A stretch of 61,810 nucleotides of DNA, the filler included, from Globobulimina sp. (Eukaryota), in NCBI GenBank assembly GCA_003354225.1. It is 7 parts of 7 records of this genome, joined end to end, with 100 filler letters (N's around TTAATTAATTAA, not from the genome) between each part and the next. Parts side by side here need not be neighbours in the genome. Positions count along the whole stretch, not along the records: positions 26,575 to 35,329 come from PIVH01000064.1; positions 35,430 to 44,183 come from PIVH01000065.1; positions 44,284 to 53,015 come from PIVH01000066.1; 4 more parts are not named here. One strand, given 5' to 3'. The position numbers were made by a program, and so were the translations under genes. How positions within the stretch are numbered: the stretch's first letter is position 1; each line of letters starts with the position of its first letter. Positions 34,301 to 44,652 of this stretch are shown in pieces. The notes below the pieces were generated by a model that was given only the letters and a program-made list of their open reading frames with translations, was not told the DNA's origin and did no database searches.

Positions 34301-34971
34301 AATTAAATTTAGATAATATAGTAAAAACTGTATTATTAGAACAATCAGAGATATATAACAACAAGGATACAAGCCAAATATGGCTTACTCATGCCATAAA
34401 TTGCTGTAGAAAATATAATATCGATTATACAAATATACCAAAAAAGGATATAATTAAAGATATTATAAAGGAGGCGTGGATAACAGAATATAACACGACA
34501 CTAAATGAATCCGTATCATTATCAACTTTTTATGCAGAAAAAATTAGACCCAAAATTAATTATAAATTAAACCTACAAACAGGAGGAGACTTTTGGCTGA
34601 AAGCTAGAAGTGGATGTTTAACATTAAATTACAAAACAAACCAACCCTGCTCGAGATGTGATGAAAATGCATTAGAAACAATTAACCATTTATTATGGGA
34701 ATGTCCGAGTAACATATTAACAGAAACGTATGAAAATCATATACAAAATCTTTGGGGATTACTCCCACCCAATATAAACGGACATATAAAACCAGAATAT
34801 AGAACATGTAACGATAATGAAAGATATGGTTACTTAATGTTAAGTACAGATTATATATTTAATGACAAGGTAAATGGCCAAATCATAAATATAGTGGGTA
34901 CTATTATTAAAGAACTATATAAAATTAGACCTGAAACGTTACAATATACTATTATGAAAAATAGAAATTAA
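31345..34971 (+). CDS. LINE ORF2: apurinic-like endonuclease, reverse transcriptase and C-terminal CCHC finger
   Basis: YNNV, CVET, GDFNGH, LDIAL, DHC (APE). NYRTL, QHGFR, LDICKAYDRV, GLRQGCTMSP, FADD, KYLG (RT). CSRC..ETINHLLWEC. Frame is open from 31345 with no ATG before the APE motif. Confidence 0.95.
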   Translation: MLKSRLKFIAFGKLIKVSSIFTTTNPIINTNFSDSNIDVYKDVYKDQPIKDKDVENKDKDNEIILIDQTIDILYNNVCSMNTKFELINDNIKLIKPDVICCVETKYKTVLDLHKFDEYESFHKMQIGKPTGGISIWAKSETRPSRLDIDDIDDEISMNYLWILCQNKAMTAICAVYLRNQSDPDARETNTTICQRLMQHINWCRLHNYKVFVIGDFNGHIGNDEWGINENHDDINNNGFIIRNFIRDSDLKLLNSDLETEGKWTWGYNKNNTKPQILDIALRSPDITNIKTIIDEKNNIYGNIGNKDHCFIHSKISIKAKNKILQTKLIKDKWKINDETNWQQYQEEIRIKITEMDSNDKITENSIFKIIEEAGVKSIGYKNKNIKKKKESKKIRQLNLEISNYRKELRKNPEFKGNILNELFKKIRERRQIRQRAEMARIENAHNKWINNPKRKFHQLYDTMKNLKRGISEKVTLIDEDNIPIIGEEKINSHITDFWESIFTLGIWPESNDEMKRLGMSNIINGPDKLDLENEISVKEIKDAIHKLKNNTSAGTTNIPPEFIKNWPEEMTHLCHTLFNKWFDSSYFPEIGKTQEVTLLHKKGSKSKIKNYRTLCLGCNLCKLYLLILTGRLEKITEKKNILGYIQHGFRANKRIEDCILVIQHTVQRANKLRRSESPIVALLDICKAYDRVWRKGLWKKLKDYGFPDKLINAIKSSYLDPGATITFQDTKTNRLKMPVGLRQGCTMSPILWALFIADLGKEIEMCHLGIEIGTTENKQNISGLFFADDMLLFAKNENNMKKLLNIVGNYANKWKIEFSGPKSLIIPLKRPVEKERNWSLGHKYISEGEKKEIYIQEEKEAKYLGITLCQNSMDIMRKHKLDLVERTRKETYRCYKPATVTSRPILYGTKIWQTYVIPKILHGIAAIPFSIETFRCIETQQREYIRTIARLPRGCNNMVLYGETGLIPMKMEAEKRTINYLAHIQKLNLDNIVKTVLLEQSEIYNNKDTSQIWLTHAINCCRKYNIDYTNIPKKDIIKDIIKEAWITEYNTTLNESVSLSTFYAEKIRPKINYKLNLQTGGDFWLKARSGCLTLNYKTNQPCSRCDENALETINHLLWECPSNILTETYENHIQNLWGLLPPNINGHIKPEYRTCNDNERYGYLMLSTDYIFNDKVNGQIINIVGTIIKELYKIRPETLQYTIMKNRN

Positions 34972-35329
34972 ATGCACAATCATGGATGGTAAGAATCAAA
35001 CAAATGGATCAATGATGCATTCAAGTGATGATCAAACAACCTCCATTGATATGCACCAAAGCCAGTCTGCCAAATAATCATCAACAAAATGAGATGCTGA
35101 AGGACCAGATGATGCTGAAAAGAAGAAAATAGAAAATATCTGATAACATATTAACTTTCTTAATAACCTGTGATTAATTTTGTGATAGTCTGTGATAATA
35201 GCCTTGTACTTATATTATAAGTCTGTGCTAATTTAAATAAATTGAACTGACCAAAAAAATATACAGCTATACTCTATTTGTAAAGTATTCGGTACCATGC
35301 TGTTAGTATGAATATTCTGATGTTCTTGA

Positions 35330-35429
35330 NNNNNNNNNNNNNNNNNNNNNNNNNNNNNNNNNNNNNNNNNNNNTTAATTAATTAANNNNNNNNNNNNNNN
35401 NNNNNNNNNNNNNNNNNNNNNNNNNNNNN
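35330..35429. other. Artificial contig spacer
   Basis: N44-TTAATTAATTAA-N44. Confidence 0.98.
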
Positions 35430-35690
35430 TCTGCGCTTTCTGCTGCATCCTCTAGGGCTTTAAATTCTTCTGTTGTAGCATTAGAAACGGCTGCAACATT
35501 AGCAAGACTTTGCTCTGTTTGTGCAAAAACTGTAATTGCTTTTTTAAATGCGACTGTGATAATCCCTATAGCTGCAACACCAGCAAGACCAATCTTCTTA
35601 AAATTACTGGTCATTGTTTTTTCTGTTGACGTTGAACTGGCTTTTAAATTAGTAGTTGTCTCTTTTTTTTTAGTTTCAGCCTTGAAATTT
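35430..35690 (-). other. Phage tail tape-measure protein fragment (TP901-like) at the contig end
   Basis: KKIGLAGVAAIGIITVAFKKAITVFAQTEQSLANVAAVSNATTEEFKALEDAA resembles the start of the TP901-family tape-measure core. Confidence 0.65.
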
Positions 35691-35720
35691 AAAAAAAAAC
35701 AGTTTTTTGAGTAAGTCACT

Positions 35721-38530
35721 TCACTTTAAACATGTCGACATGAACATGCCGCACTTAACTATGGGTTCAGGCTCTTTCTTCTTCGAACTCGTCAATGCGC
35801 CTTTCAACACATCGCCGACAGACCGACGCCGTTCCTTTTTGTCCTTCTTTTTCCTGTGAGTCTTTGCCTCTTTTTTAGTTTGCTCCAACGACTTCATAGG
35901 ATCCATTTTCTTCAAATCCACAGTCTTTGCATTTCTCTTATTCTTCGCCTGTCTCTTTTCCCTTTCCTTCCTCTCTTTCGCTTCTTTCTTGGCCTCTTTC
36001 TTCTTTTCTTTCTCCTTCCTCTCCTTCGACTTCTTCCTTTTCTTCGCCTCTTCTTTTTCTTTTTTCTTCTGCTTTTTGCCCGATCGCATATTGGATATCT
36101 TATTCTTCAGCACCTGGCCCACCGATTGCTTTCTTTTCTTATCCCTGCGTTTGGGCCGCTTCTTTTTCTTACTCTTCGTCTGCCACTCACTGATATTGTT
36201 ACGACTGCGACTGTTGCTCTCTGGCTCCGAATCGCCGGAACTGCCTTCATTCCCTACACAGTACACACAAACCAACAAATTAATAATCTCAAACCACGCA
36301 CTATGCAGATACTGCATACATACATACATACCTTCATTAAGTGCCGCTGTATTGATTTCAAAGGTGCCCGACTTGCGCTTCCCGGGGATATTTTTCGTAT
36401 TCATATCGTAGTGGGCATCATCGCCAAATAATTTCTCCCTCGATTTCCTCCGTTGATGCACCTTATTATCGATGCCCTTAAACGGTGTATGAGTCCTTCT
36501 ATGCTGCGCTGGCGACGCATTCTCACCCTTTGTCGGTGGCGATTCATTGTCATCGTCACTCGCTAATATCCGGCCGGGGGGCTTGGGCTTTTTGCGCGGT
36601 TTTCGCTTCGCTTTGTGCGGTTTATTGATATTATTCGGTTTCAATTGATTGGCCCCCGGGATGTTATTAGCTTTGTTGTAATATCCAGTGCCATACGGCT
36701 TGCTGCTGCGGTTTTTGTTGTTTTTCAGATTGCCCGCTTCCGCTACACCGCGATTCTTACGGTTATGCCGCCGTTTTTCGTCGTCATCTGCCTGTGCTGC
36801 AGCGTTGTGGTACGCGGTATTGGAGGGTGTGGGCGATATGGATCTGTGGCCATTGCGCGAGTTACTGGAATATGTGCTGCGTGGAGAGGGCGGCCGGCGG
36901 CCGAAACTAGCGGACCCTGCACGCGATGGAGGCGACGGAGGGCGGCGGCCAAAGGAGTTGGAGTGTTTGCGCCGTTTGGATATGACACCCTGTCGTTTCT
37001 CCTGTACTTCCCTGTGTACATAACATTGTTTTTTTTCTCTATGTATAATAGAAAAACACTTAACAATCTATACAGTTCTCTGAAGGCGTCGAGCCAATCA
37101 TCCATTTGTATGGAATACTGTGTGGACAAAAAAAACTCGCCGGCACTGGTCTTGAGAGAGAATACGAATTTGTTCTTGCCGCTGCAAGCCGGGTGGTTTC
37201 GGTCCAGTTCCTTGATTTTCCTGTTTCGCAGAGGTATCAGTCCCTGGACGTGCTGAGCCAGAGCGAGCGTATACAAATCCTCTTGGAAATACGCAGAAGA
37301 TTTAAACGTATCAAAGGAGGCCTTATTTTTGAAGAAAAATAGGTATTCCACGTCCATGGCAAAGTATCCCTTCATCCATTTCTTTGCGCGGTCGTTCCTT
37401 TTATAGCTCAGTTCGTTGGAATATAAGGGATCTAACCGCTGCACGTTGGGCACGACCTGCACCACGCGGTTGAACCACAGCTCCTGCACAGATTTGTGCG
37501 TTTGTACGTGTTTACATAGTACGCAAATTCGCAAAGTATATATCTCAACTCTTTCCTCCTTTGAATTTGCATACAAAACCCACTTCCGACCACCACAGAC
37601 CAGCTCGAATATATTCTTCTTTTTATACACAGATTTGGCCTGTTTGTCCTCCAACAAATTGAGAATCTGCAGGTCGTCCAAGATGATGCTGCCTTTCTCC
37701 TGCGAGGTTTTCTCGTTGTCGTAGTAGCGAATCTCGCGCGTATCGAAGATGACAAACCATCGTTTCTTCCACGACTTGTTCTTACTGCCTTGCTTCGTGA
37801 GCCAGCCGCCATAGATTTTCTTGCCAAAAGTCACATTTCGCAAATGCTCCAACCAGTCGTTGAAGGAATAGGCGTCCAAACAGCATAATAAATAGGTACG
37901 GGCCGGGCACACTATTTCAAACGGGAACTCCGCCTGGAATATATTCAGACGGTCAGCGCTGTCGTCGTTGCTATGGAAGCTGTCGTTGCGGCTGAACTCG
38001 TCGAAATCGTCTGAGACGTTGCTGTGATGCGCATTGTGGTTGGTGTGGGCGCGGAGAGCCTCTACGGATAATTTGTTGCTTTTGTGCGATTTCTTGCCCA
38101 TTAGAGACTTGAAGGAGAGCCGCAAACTGTTGCTTTGTGAGGGTAACGGGGAGTCGGTGTATGAGGATTGCGAGGCATAGGAATCCTCCACGTCGTCGGT
38201 GATGCGACGTACACTTAATGGGCTATGCGCGGAGGAGGAGGAACGACCGAAGATGGATTTTTTGCTTTTTTTCTGTTGGTTGTGTATGTCGATGTTGACG
38301 GGCTGGATGGCAGTCACTTGCTTGAGGTCTATAGTGCTGACCGGGCGTTTGGAGTCTTGGAATTCTTCGCGATTGTGGTAATAGGCACATTGGCGGTTGT
38401 CGAAGAGCACAAACCAGCGCTCTTTCCACGACTTGTGGAACTCTCCTTTTTTCATTAGGATGCCGGAGTAGAGGATCTTAGCGTTTATTGGGGCGCGGAT
38501 GGGCGACCTTGGCGTGTTTGGTTGAGCCAT
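35721..38530 (-). CDS. Multi-PH-domain protein with a Lys-rich C-terminus, several introns
   Basis: YSGILMKKGEFHKSWKERWFVL and YGGWLTKQGSKNKSWKKRWFVI, plus a third divergent PH domain. In-frame intron 37549-37484. Further likely introns link to ORF 35721-36644. The 3' end is uncertain. Confidence 0.85.
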
Positions 38531-38630
38531 TTATATGAAATATTTACATCCAAGCTTGACGGGATGGTATTCTTGCAAAAGATGTTGAAAAGTTTAATAA
38601 AAACTTTCAAGTACTTGTCCGAAAGCGGTA

Positions 38631-41600
38631 ATGGGAAATGAAACAACAATGGAAGAAAAGGAGAAGGTACATGTTGCTAACTTCAGCTTTGGATTCGATG
38701 AGGTGACGCCCAATGATATTGAGGAGCTGTTGGATGAAATAGAAATAGAAACAGAACAGAAAGAGAAAACAAATGATAATAATGATGTTAATGTTGTTTG
38801 GGATGGGGATTGGGATAAAATATTAAAAGAGATTAGAAATAGTAATCTCCAGTACATTAAAAATTTAATCACATCGAATGAGATTGGTATAAATTCACAG
38901 AATCCAATTAATGGGAAAACATTGTTAATTTATGCCGTAATTATTGGTAATTATAATTTAGTGAAAGCAATTTGCAATTTTGGCGCCGATGTTCATGTCA
39001 CAGATAATGACAATATGGACGGCCTCAAATATGCGCTAAAATATGGACGCTATAAAATAACAGAATTATTATATTATCAACAATTATCAGGCAAATTAGG
39101 CAATGATTTAAAAGATATTGCAACGAAAATACATTTAAAAAATAAAGAAAGTGAAAATATTAAGAAATATGGAAAGGATGAATATTTCATCACAAGTTTT
39201 ATGATATTAGCAATTCAAAATAAACTTGAATTTGGTCAAGATATGTTATATTATGCCTGGTATTTGACCTTAAACAGTCGAAATGATTCAGAAAATCCTT
39301 TACAATCAAAATTATTCAAAACTATGATGAAAACGTTTGAGAAAATATTATCAAACACATCAGATAAAACTGGATGGGAATGGTTGAAGAAATATTTTAT
39401 AAATTCGTTAATTTGGTTTCTACCGCATCCTATAAACAGTAAAATGAATGATAATAAGGATGGTGATGAGGAGGAGGATGAGGATGATATGGAAGGAATA
39501 TTGAAAACAACTTTGTTTTATGAATTATTAGTCCGCGTCAGAAAGGAATCAAAGAAACAAAGTGATAAATTATTAAAACAAAAAATTAATAAAATAAAGT
39601 CCGAAAAAAGCAATGAATGGACACAATTAATAGCGTATAATGTAAATAGTAAATATTCAAAAAAAGCAAGACAAGATTTGTGTGGTTGCGTGCCATCGGA
39701 ATACGAAGAAAATGATTTATCCGAAGAACGATATCCGCCATCAACACATTTTAGCGCTAAAAAACATTATGATACAAATATATATTTAAATAAATTAATA
39801 TTCAAAGCCAATATTTTAGATTCATTATTTCAAAAAGATATGAAGTTGATTTCAAAACAAATATCATTGGAAAGTGGTGGTGCTATCAATGTAAAATACA
39901 GAGCGGGCCCAATAAAAACGTTAACGAGGTCACAAACAAAAGTTGAAAATGATTATATCAACGAAAAGTATCCAACGTCAGCAAAGATACTGGATATTAA
40001 TCGATGTGCTTTGCAATTTTATTCAATACAAGAAATGATGAAATATATAAACGTATTTGCAGAAAAAATTGAAAATAAAGAGGCCAACTCCATTGTTGAT
40101 ATAATTCGATGTAAAAATGGATGGAGTATTTATAACCAACAATATCCGCAATATACAGATATTAAATTAAATGTTTTGGTCCAGTCAGCTGATAACGGAA
40201 CAATCATCGCTGAAATTCAGTTCTTGTTAGATTTGATGAGCGCGTTTAAAAAGAAAGCACACAAATTATATTCTATTGAGAGGAAACATGAAATTGTATA
40301 CAATTTCGGGACACTTGAAAATAAAATGAATAAATTTAATGATAATGTTGGAATTAACGGTGTTTGTATCAATTTGACACAAAATGATGATATCAAATAT
40401 TTTAAGCTATTATTTAATACAATCAATCCAAATCAGAATACATTGATTGATTACAAAACAATATCACAAAATGTATGGCATACAGCAATATTCCATATTA
40501 TATATAAAAATGGTGAAATTAATAAATATTTGCAAAATAACTTCAAAGATTTGTATTTAAATACGATATCAAATTATATCTTAAAATATATTAAAATACA
40601 AAAAGATGGCTATGAGGCGATGTTGAAATCAATTTCGTCATTAAATGATAAACAATATAAAGAAACTGATAATTCATTGGTAAAACAATTATTTTATTTG
40701 ATCGAAAATAATAGAAAACGAAGAGAAACATTGATATATTTACTGTCAGCGAGAGAGGCAAAAGCATCCAATCAAAATACAATGATCGAAGCACTGTGTT
40801 GTTACGGAGATAATGCATTTAATAAATCAATTAAATTCATGTTAGGTTCAAATATGATGAATGATGCAGAGAAATCAATATTATTTTTGGCTAAAAAAGC
40901 ACGTAATTTCTCGTTTTTTTTTGCTTGCAAAGATCCAAAATATTTACAAAATGCTTTAAATATTTTAGAATATGCTAAAAATGATAGAAAATTGATATTG
41001 AAATTATGCGCACAAAAGTGGTCTGGAACAACCGCATTGGAATTTGTGTGCAAAAAACGATGTTCATCATCCACAAAAATATTCAAATTATTGTTAAAAC
41101 AGTCCGCATTGCTCGAGGAGGATAAAATAAATTTATTTGTTAAAAATGCAAATATTATAAATTATACATTGCACGACGGCTATTATGGCAATTTTGAAAT
41201 GATATTAAATTATTTTTGTCCAAAACGTGATATTACAAATAGGAAACAAATAAAATGGATTATAAACAATGTAAATTTATGTGAGGCGACGGTTCAGCAT
41301 ATTTTAGAAATATTAAGCACATATTTCGAAAACGATAAGTATTTATTTTCAATTTTATCGCAAAAAAACAACCAATTATTCAATAAAATATGTTCAAATG
41401 GATTATATAATTCCGCTAAAAGTAATTATGATAACACTCAATTATTACAATTCATTCTCAATGGTTCCGGTTTGAGCGATAAAACAATCATCAATTTTAT
41501 GTCACAAATGAATAAAGAATATAATACATTGTATGGAGTCTCAGGGAATGAGCAAAGGTTAACAAATACAGGAAGAGAATTGATGAATTATTGTAAAAAT

Positions 41601-44051
41601 GATCGGTTATTATTATTAAAATTATTATACTCGAATACCATGGATCGGCAAAATAAACCACAAATATGTTTTTTTGGAATTTGTCGTAATCCGGAGGATG
41701 TTTTGTCGATTTTGAGTAATAAGGTATTAACTAACAAAGATAAATTAAAATTGCTGCAACGTAAAGATTACCACGGCGCGACAACATTATATTATATGTT
41801 TAAAAGAAAAAAACAGTTTGGTGTCACTGACAAAGTAACAGTCAGCGATATATTGCAAACACTATCATTTGGTATTAAGTTTAATGTGAATTGGATTATT
41901 AAATTATTGCTACAATTAAGCGGAAAGGAAGACAGAGCGTGTTTTTTGCATTGCAAATACGCCAAAGATATGGAACGAATATTTGATATTATTAACGATA
42001 ATGACGTGATATACAATAAATTATTATCTGTTTATAAATTAAAAGATTTTAATTCTTCAAGTTTTCCAACAGAAAACATACGAGCTGTTATTCAAAAATA
42101 TAATGATTATTTGCGATTTGATAAATCATTGGGTAACGATGATAACATTGCAATTGATTCAACGTTCAAGGAATATAAAACCAATCCATTTCTGACAACA
42201 TGTCATTTTGGAAAAATTGGCACAATTAAAAAATTGGTGAATGTGCTGAATGGAGAGAAATTGGTGAAATTATTACAAATAAAAGAAAAGAAAAATCCAC
42301 ATTACTCCGCTTTACTGAAAATTGGATGTTGTACATATAATAATGGCGATGATCGATTAAATGCGAAAATGTTACAATGCATTTTATTAAATAACTGTTC
42401 AATTTCAGATGAAATTAAATTTAAATTAATAGCAACAAAAGGTACTGTATACAAACAAAGTTTGTTAATGATAGCAACATTGCATTGCCGTTTAGAAATA
42501 TTGAGACATTTTAAAATGAATAAGGAGTATTTTATGCAGTTACTATTTGACAAAGATAGCAATGGTACAACATCATTTATGTATATTTGTAACTATAATA
42601 ATGAAAATAATGATGAATTACAAAGAAAAATATTGCAATTAATCTTTGAAAATAATTTAATTTCTGATAAAGAGAAATATAAATTATTGTCATTAAAAGG
42701 TGGTAAAAAAACAAAAAAAAACATTGATTCAAATTATGCAAAAAAAAACATAATGACCGCAACAAACAAATGTCGTCTATTTATAATAAACTATTTTAAT
42801 CACAAAAGCAAAAAAAAATATTTATTCAAATTATTAAATCAAACGGATGAAGAAAATAACAGCGCATTGTATTATATGTCGGAAGCAAATGATGTTAAAT
42901 CATTGGAAAATATATTGCATTCATTACATTTATCTGATCAGGAAAAAATAAAACTATTTCAATCAAATCCTGTGCATTGTGGTGGTTTTTTACTTTCAAT
43001 GTTAAAGTTCATGGAAAATGATAAAAAATATTTAAATAAATTATTATCTCAACAACAATCATATTCAGCATTAAATTTTGCTTGTCGCGATCCAACAAAA
43101 TCCAGCGATATATTGAAAATATTAAACTATTTTATAAATGAAGAAAAGGAATGGATCCAAGCATTATCGCATCGGACAAAAACGAAATCAATCAAATCAA
43201 ATTCATGGAGCAAAGAGAAAAATGAATGGACGACATGTTTAATGACAGCAGCGCGGTATCAAAAAGACGGAAAAGTTTTAAATTTAATATTAAAATGTAT
43301 TCAAAAAATGGATATTGATTTACAATCGAAATTATTATCAATTAAGAAAATGTCAAATAAAAAAGAAGGTGGAACTTTTATTTCCAACATAAAGCATGAA
43401 AATGACATGAAGACAGTATTCAGCACAATAAATAATAAAATATTGAATAAATTATGGAGAGGAAACAAAGGGAGATATTCACGCTCAAATTATAAAATGG
43501 ATTCGATGCTTGAAAAATGTGAAAATTATTTGCAATTTCATCGCTTGTTGCAAAATAATGAAAATAATGATATCGATATTGTTGATTTATCATTTAATAA
43601 ATTCTCAACTAATCCGTTTATGACCTCGTGTTATTTTGGAAAATATGAAACAATAAACAACGTATTGAATTATGTTAGAAATGATTCAGATAAATTAAAA
43701 TTATTATTATTAAACAATTATCAACAAAAGAATGGAAATAACTGTCTAATGGAATTGGCACAAAATGGCTATCATCAAATCATTATTCATGTGTTAGATT
43801 TTTTGAATGTAAATAATTCAAAGGAGATAAAAACGGAATTATTATCAATGAAAAATTTGTATTCAGGACAAACATTATTGATGGATTTATGTAAAAATGA
43901 TAATAATTTGAGTGTAATTTGTAAAATAATAAATAATATTTCTGATAATAAAACAATTCGAATGCTTTTCATTCAAAAGGATAATCAAAATAAAACATGT
44001 ATTAATTATGCACAACAAAATATTTCCAATCTCATTCAACAATATTTGTAA
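38631..44051 (+). CDS. Ankyrin-repeat protein with an internal RelA/SpoT-like nucleotidyltransferase domain, 1806 aa
   Basis: N-terminal ankyrins (GKTLLIYAV...GADVH). GPIKTLTRSQTKV...ILDINRC...RCKNG...YTDIKLNV...AEIQF. Many degenerate ankyrin-like repeats downstream. Confidence 0.8.
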   Translation: MGNETTMEEKEKVHVANFSFGFDEVTPNDIEELLDEIEIETEQKEKTNDNNDVNVVWDGDWDKILKEIRNSNLQYIKNLITSNEIGINSQNPINGKTLLIYAVIIGNYNLVKAICNFGADVHVTDNDNMDGLKYALKYGRYKITELLYYQQLSGKLGNDLKDIATKIHLKNKESENIKKYGKDEYFITSFMILAIQNKLEFGQDMLYYAWYLTLNSRNDSENPLQSKLFKTMMKTFEKILSNTSDKTGWEWLKKYFINSLIWFLPHPINSKMNDNKDGDEEEDEDDMEGILKTTLFYELLVRVRKESKKQSDKLLKQKINKIKSEKSNEWTQLIAYNVNSKYSKKARQDLCGCVPSEYEENDLSEERYPPSTHFSAKKHYDTNIYLNKLIFKANILDSLFQKDMKLISKQISLESGGAINVKYRAGPIKTLTRSQTKVENDYINEKYPTSAKILDINRCALQFYSIQEMMKYINVFAEKIENKEANSIVDIIRCKNGWSIYNQQYPQYTDIKLNVLVQSADNGTIIAEIQFLLDLMSAFKKKAHKLYSIERKHEIVYNFGTLENKMNKFNDNVGINGVCINLTQNDDIKYFKLLFNTINPNQNTLIDYKTISQNVWHTAIFHIIYKNGEINKYLQNNFKDLYLNTISNYILKYIKIQKDGYEAMLKSISSLNDKQYKETDNSLVKQLFYLIENNRKRRETLIYLLSAREAKASNQNTMIEALCCYGDNAFNKSIKFMLGSNMMNDAEKSILFLAKKARNFSFFFACKDPKYLQNALNILEYAKNDRKLILKLCAQKWSGTTALEFVCKKRCSSSTKIFKLLLKQSALLEEDKINLFVKNANIINYTLHDGYYGNFEMILNYFCPKRDITNRKQIKWIINNVNLCEATVQHILEILSTYFENDKYLFSILSQKNNQLFNKICSNGLYNSAKSNYDNTQLLQFILNGSGLSDKTIINFMSQMNKEYNTLYGVSGNEQRLTNTGRELMNYCKNDRLLLLKLLYSNTMDRQNKPQICFFGICRNPEDVLSILSNKVLTNKDKLKLLQRKDYHGATTLYYMFKRKKQFGVTDKVTVSDILQTLSFGIKFNVNWIIKLLLQLSGKEDRACFLHCKYAKDMERIFDIINDNDVIYNKLLSVYKLKDFNSSSFPTENIRAVIQKYNDYLRFDKSLGNDDNIAIDSTFKEYKTNPFLTTCHFGKIGTIKKLVNVLNGEKLVKLLQIKEKKNPHYSALLKIGCCTYNNGDDRLNAKMLQCILLNNCSISDEIKFKLIATKGTVYKQSLLMIATLHCRLEILRHFKMNKEYFMQLLFDKDSNGTTSFMYICNYNNENNDELQRKILQLIFENNLISDKEKYKLLSLKGGKKTKKNIDSNYAKKNIMTATNKCRLFIINYFNHKSKKKYLFKLLNQTDEENNSALYYMSEANDVKSLENILHSLHLSDQEKIKLFQSNPVHCGGFLLSMLKFMENDKKYLNKLLSQQQSYSALNFACRDPTKSSDILKILNYFINEEKEWIQALSHRTKTKSIKSNSWSKEKNEWTTCLMTAARYQKDGKVLNLILKCIQKMDIDLQSKLLSIKKMSNKKEGGTFISNIKHENDMKTVFSTINNKILNKLWRGNKGRYSRSNYKMDSMLEKCENYLQFHRLLQNNENNDIDIVDLSFNKFSTNPFMTSCYFGKYETINNVLNYVRNDSDKLKLLLLNNYQQKNGNNCLMELAQNGYHQIIIHVLDFLNVNNSKEIKTELLSMKNLYSGQTLLMDLCKNDNNLSVICKIINNISDNKTIRMLFIQKDNQNKTCINYAQQNISNLIQQYL

Positions 44052-44183
44052 CGCACATATTAACGTCATGTTTTTGTATCAATTATTTATTAACTTGATT
44101 TGTTTCAGTTTCTCTTTATATTATTTGGTATATATACGTATTATTTTTGTATTACTACTTTCCTACTTTTTGCTATTTTCTCT

Positions 44184-44283
44184 NNNNNNNNNNNNNNNNN
44201 NNNNNNNNNNNNNNNNNNNNNNNNNNNTTAATTAATTAANNNNNNNNNNNNNNNNNNNNNNNNNNNNNNNNNNNNNNNNNNNN
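44184..44283. other. Artificial contig spacer
   Basis: N44-TTAATTAATTAA-N44. Confidence 0.98.
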
Positions 44284-44652
44284 AACTGGTGTTGGCAGAG
44301 TCGAATGTAATGGTATGCCAGATTCATGTTTGGGGGAAACGTATTTCATGTTCAAACAGTGCCTGGTGCGTCCTTTTCATGCGTTGGAGCTAATTGTCCG
44401 ATTTAGAATAATATGACTGTTTCTTTATTTAGTGTTCTTTTATTATTTTTTTTACTCTTATTTTTTTCGTTCAATATCTAAATTATTGATATATTTTTCC
44501 AAAGTTTGTTTTATCCAAATATTGAGGTATGGTAAAGACGGGAGCTGAACTACAAACATCTAGATCTTTAAGGGTTTAGTGCACTGTTTTTTTGGACGTT
44601 ATGTCTTCAAAACACTAAGAAATCAATTTGCCCCCCTAAGATCTGAACTTAC

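Larger units (their letters stand above)
26575..35329 (+). mobile_element. Non-LTR retrotransposon (APE-RT, RTE-X-like architecture) with a giant ORF1
   Basis: Intronless ORF1 of 1563 aa followed by an APE-RT-CCHC ORF2, with an A-rich sense strand. Ends are not defined. Confidence 0.88.

Noticed and set aside
35856-36431. Plus-strand Phe/Leu/Ser-rich ORFs
   Set aside because: Antisense shadows of the Lys/Glu-rich tail of the PH gene.
44563-44644. Possible stem-loop or ribozyme in the LINE 5' region (agatct...agatct, ttagtg/cactaa)
   Set aside because: Pairing is short and imperfect, and I could not fit an HDV or hammerhead core by eye.
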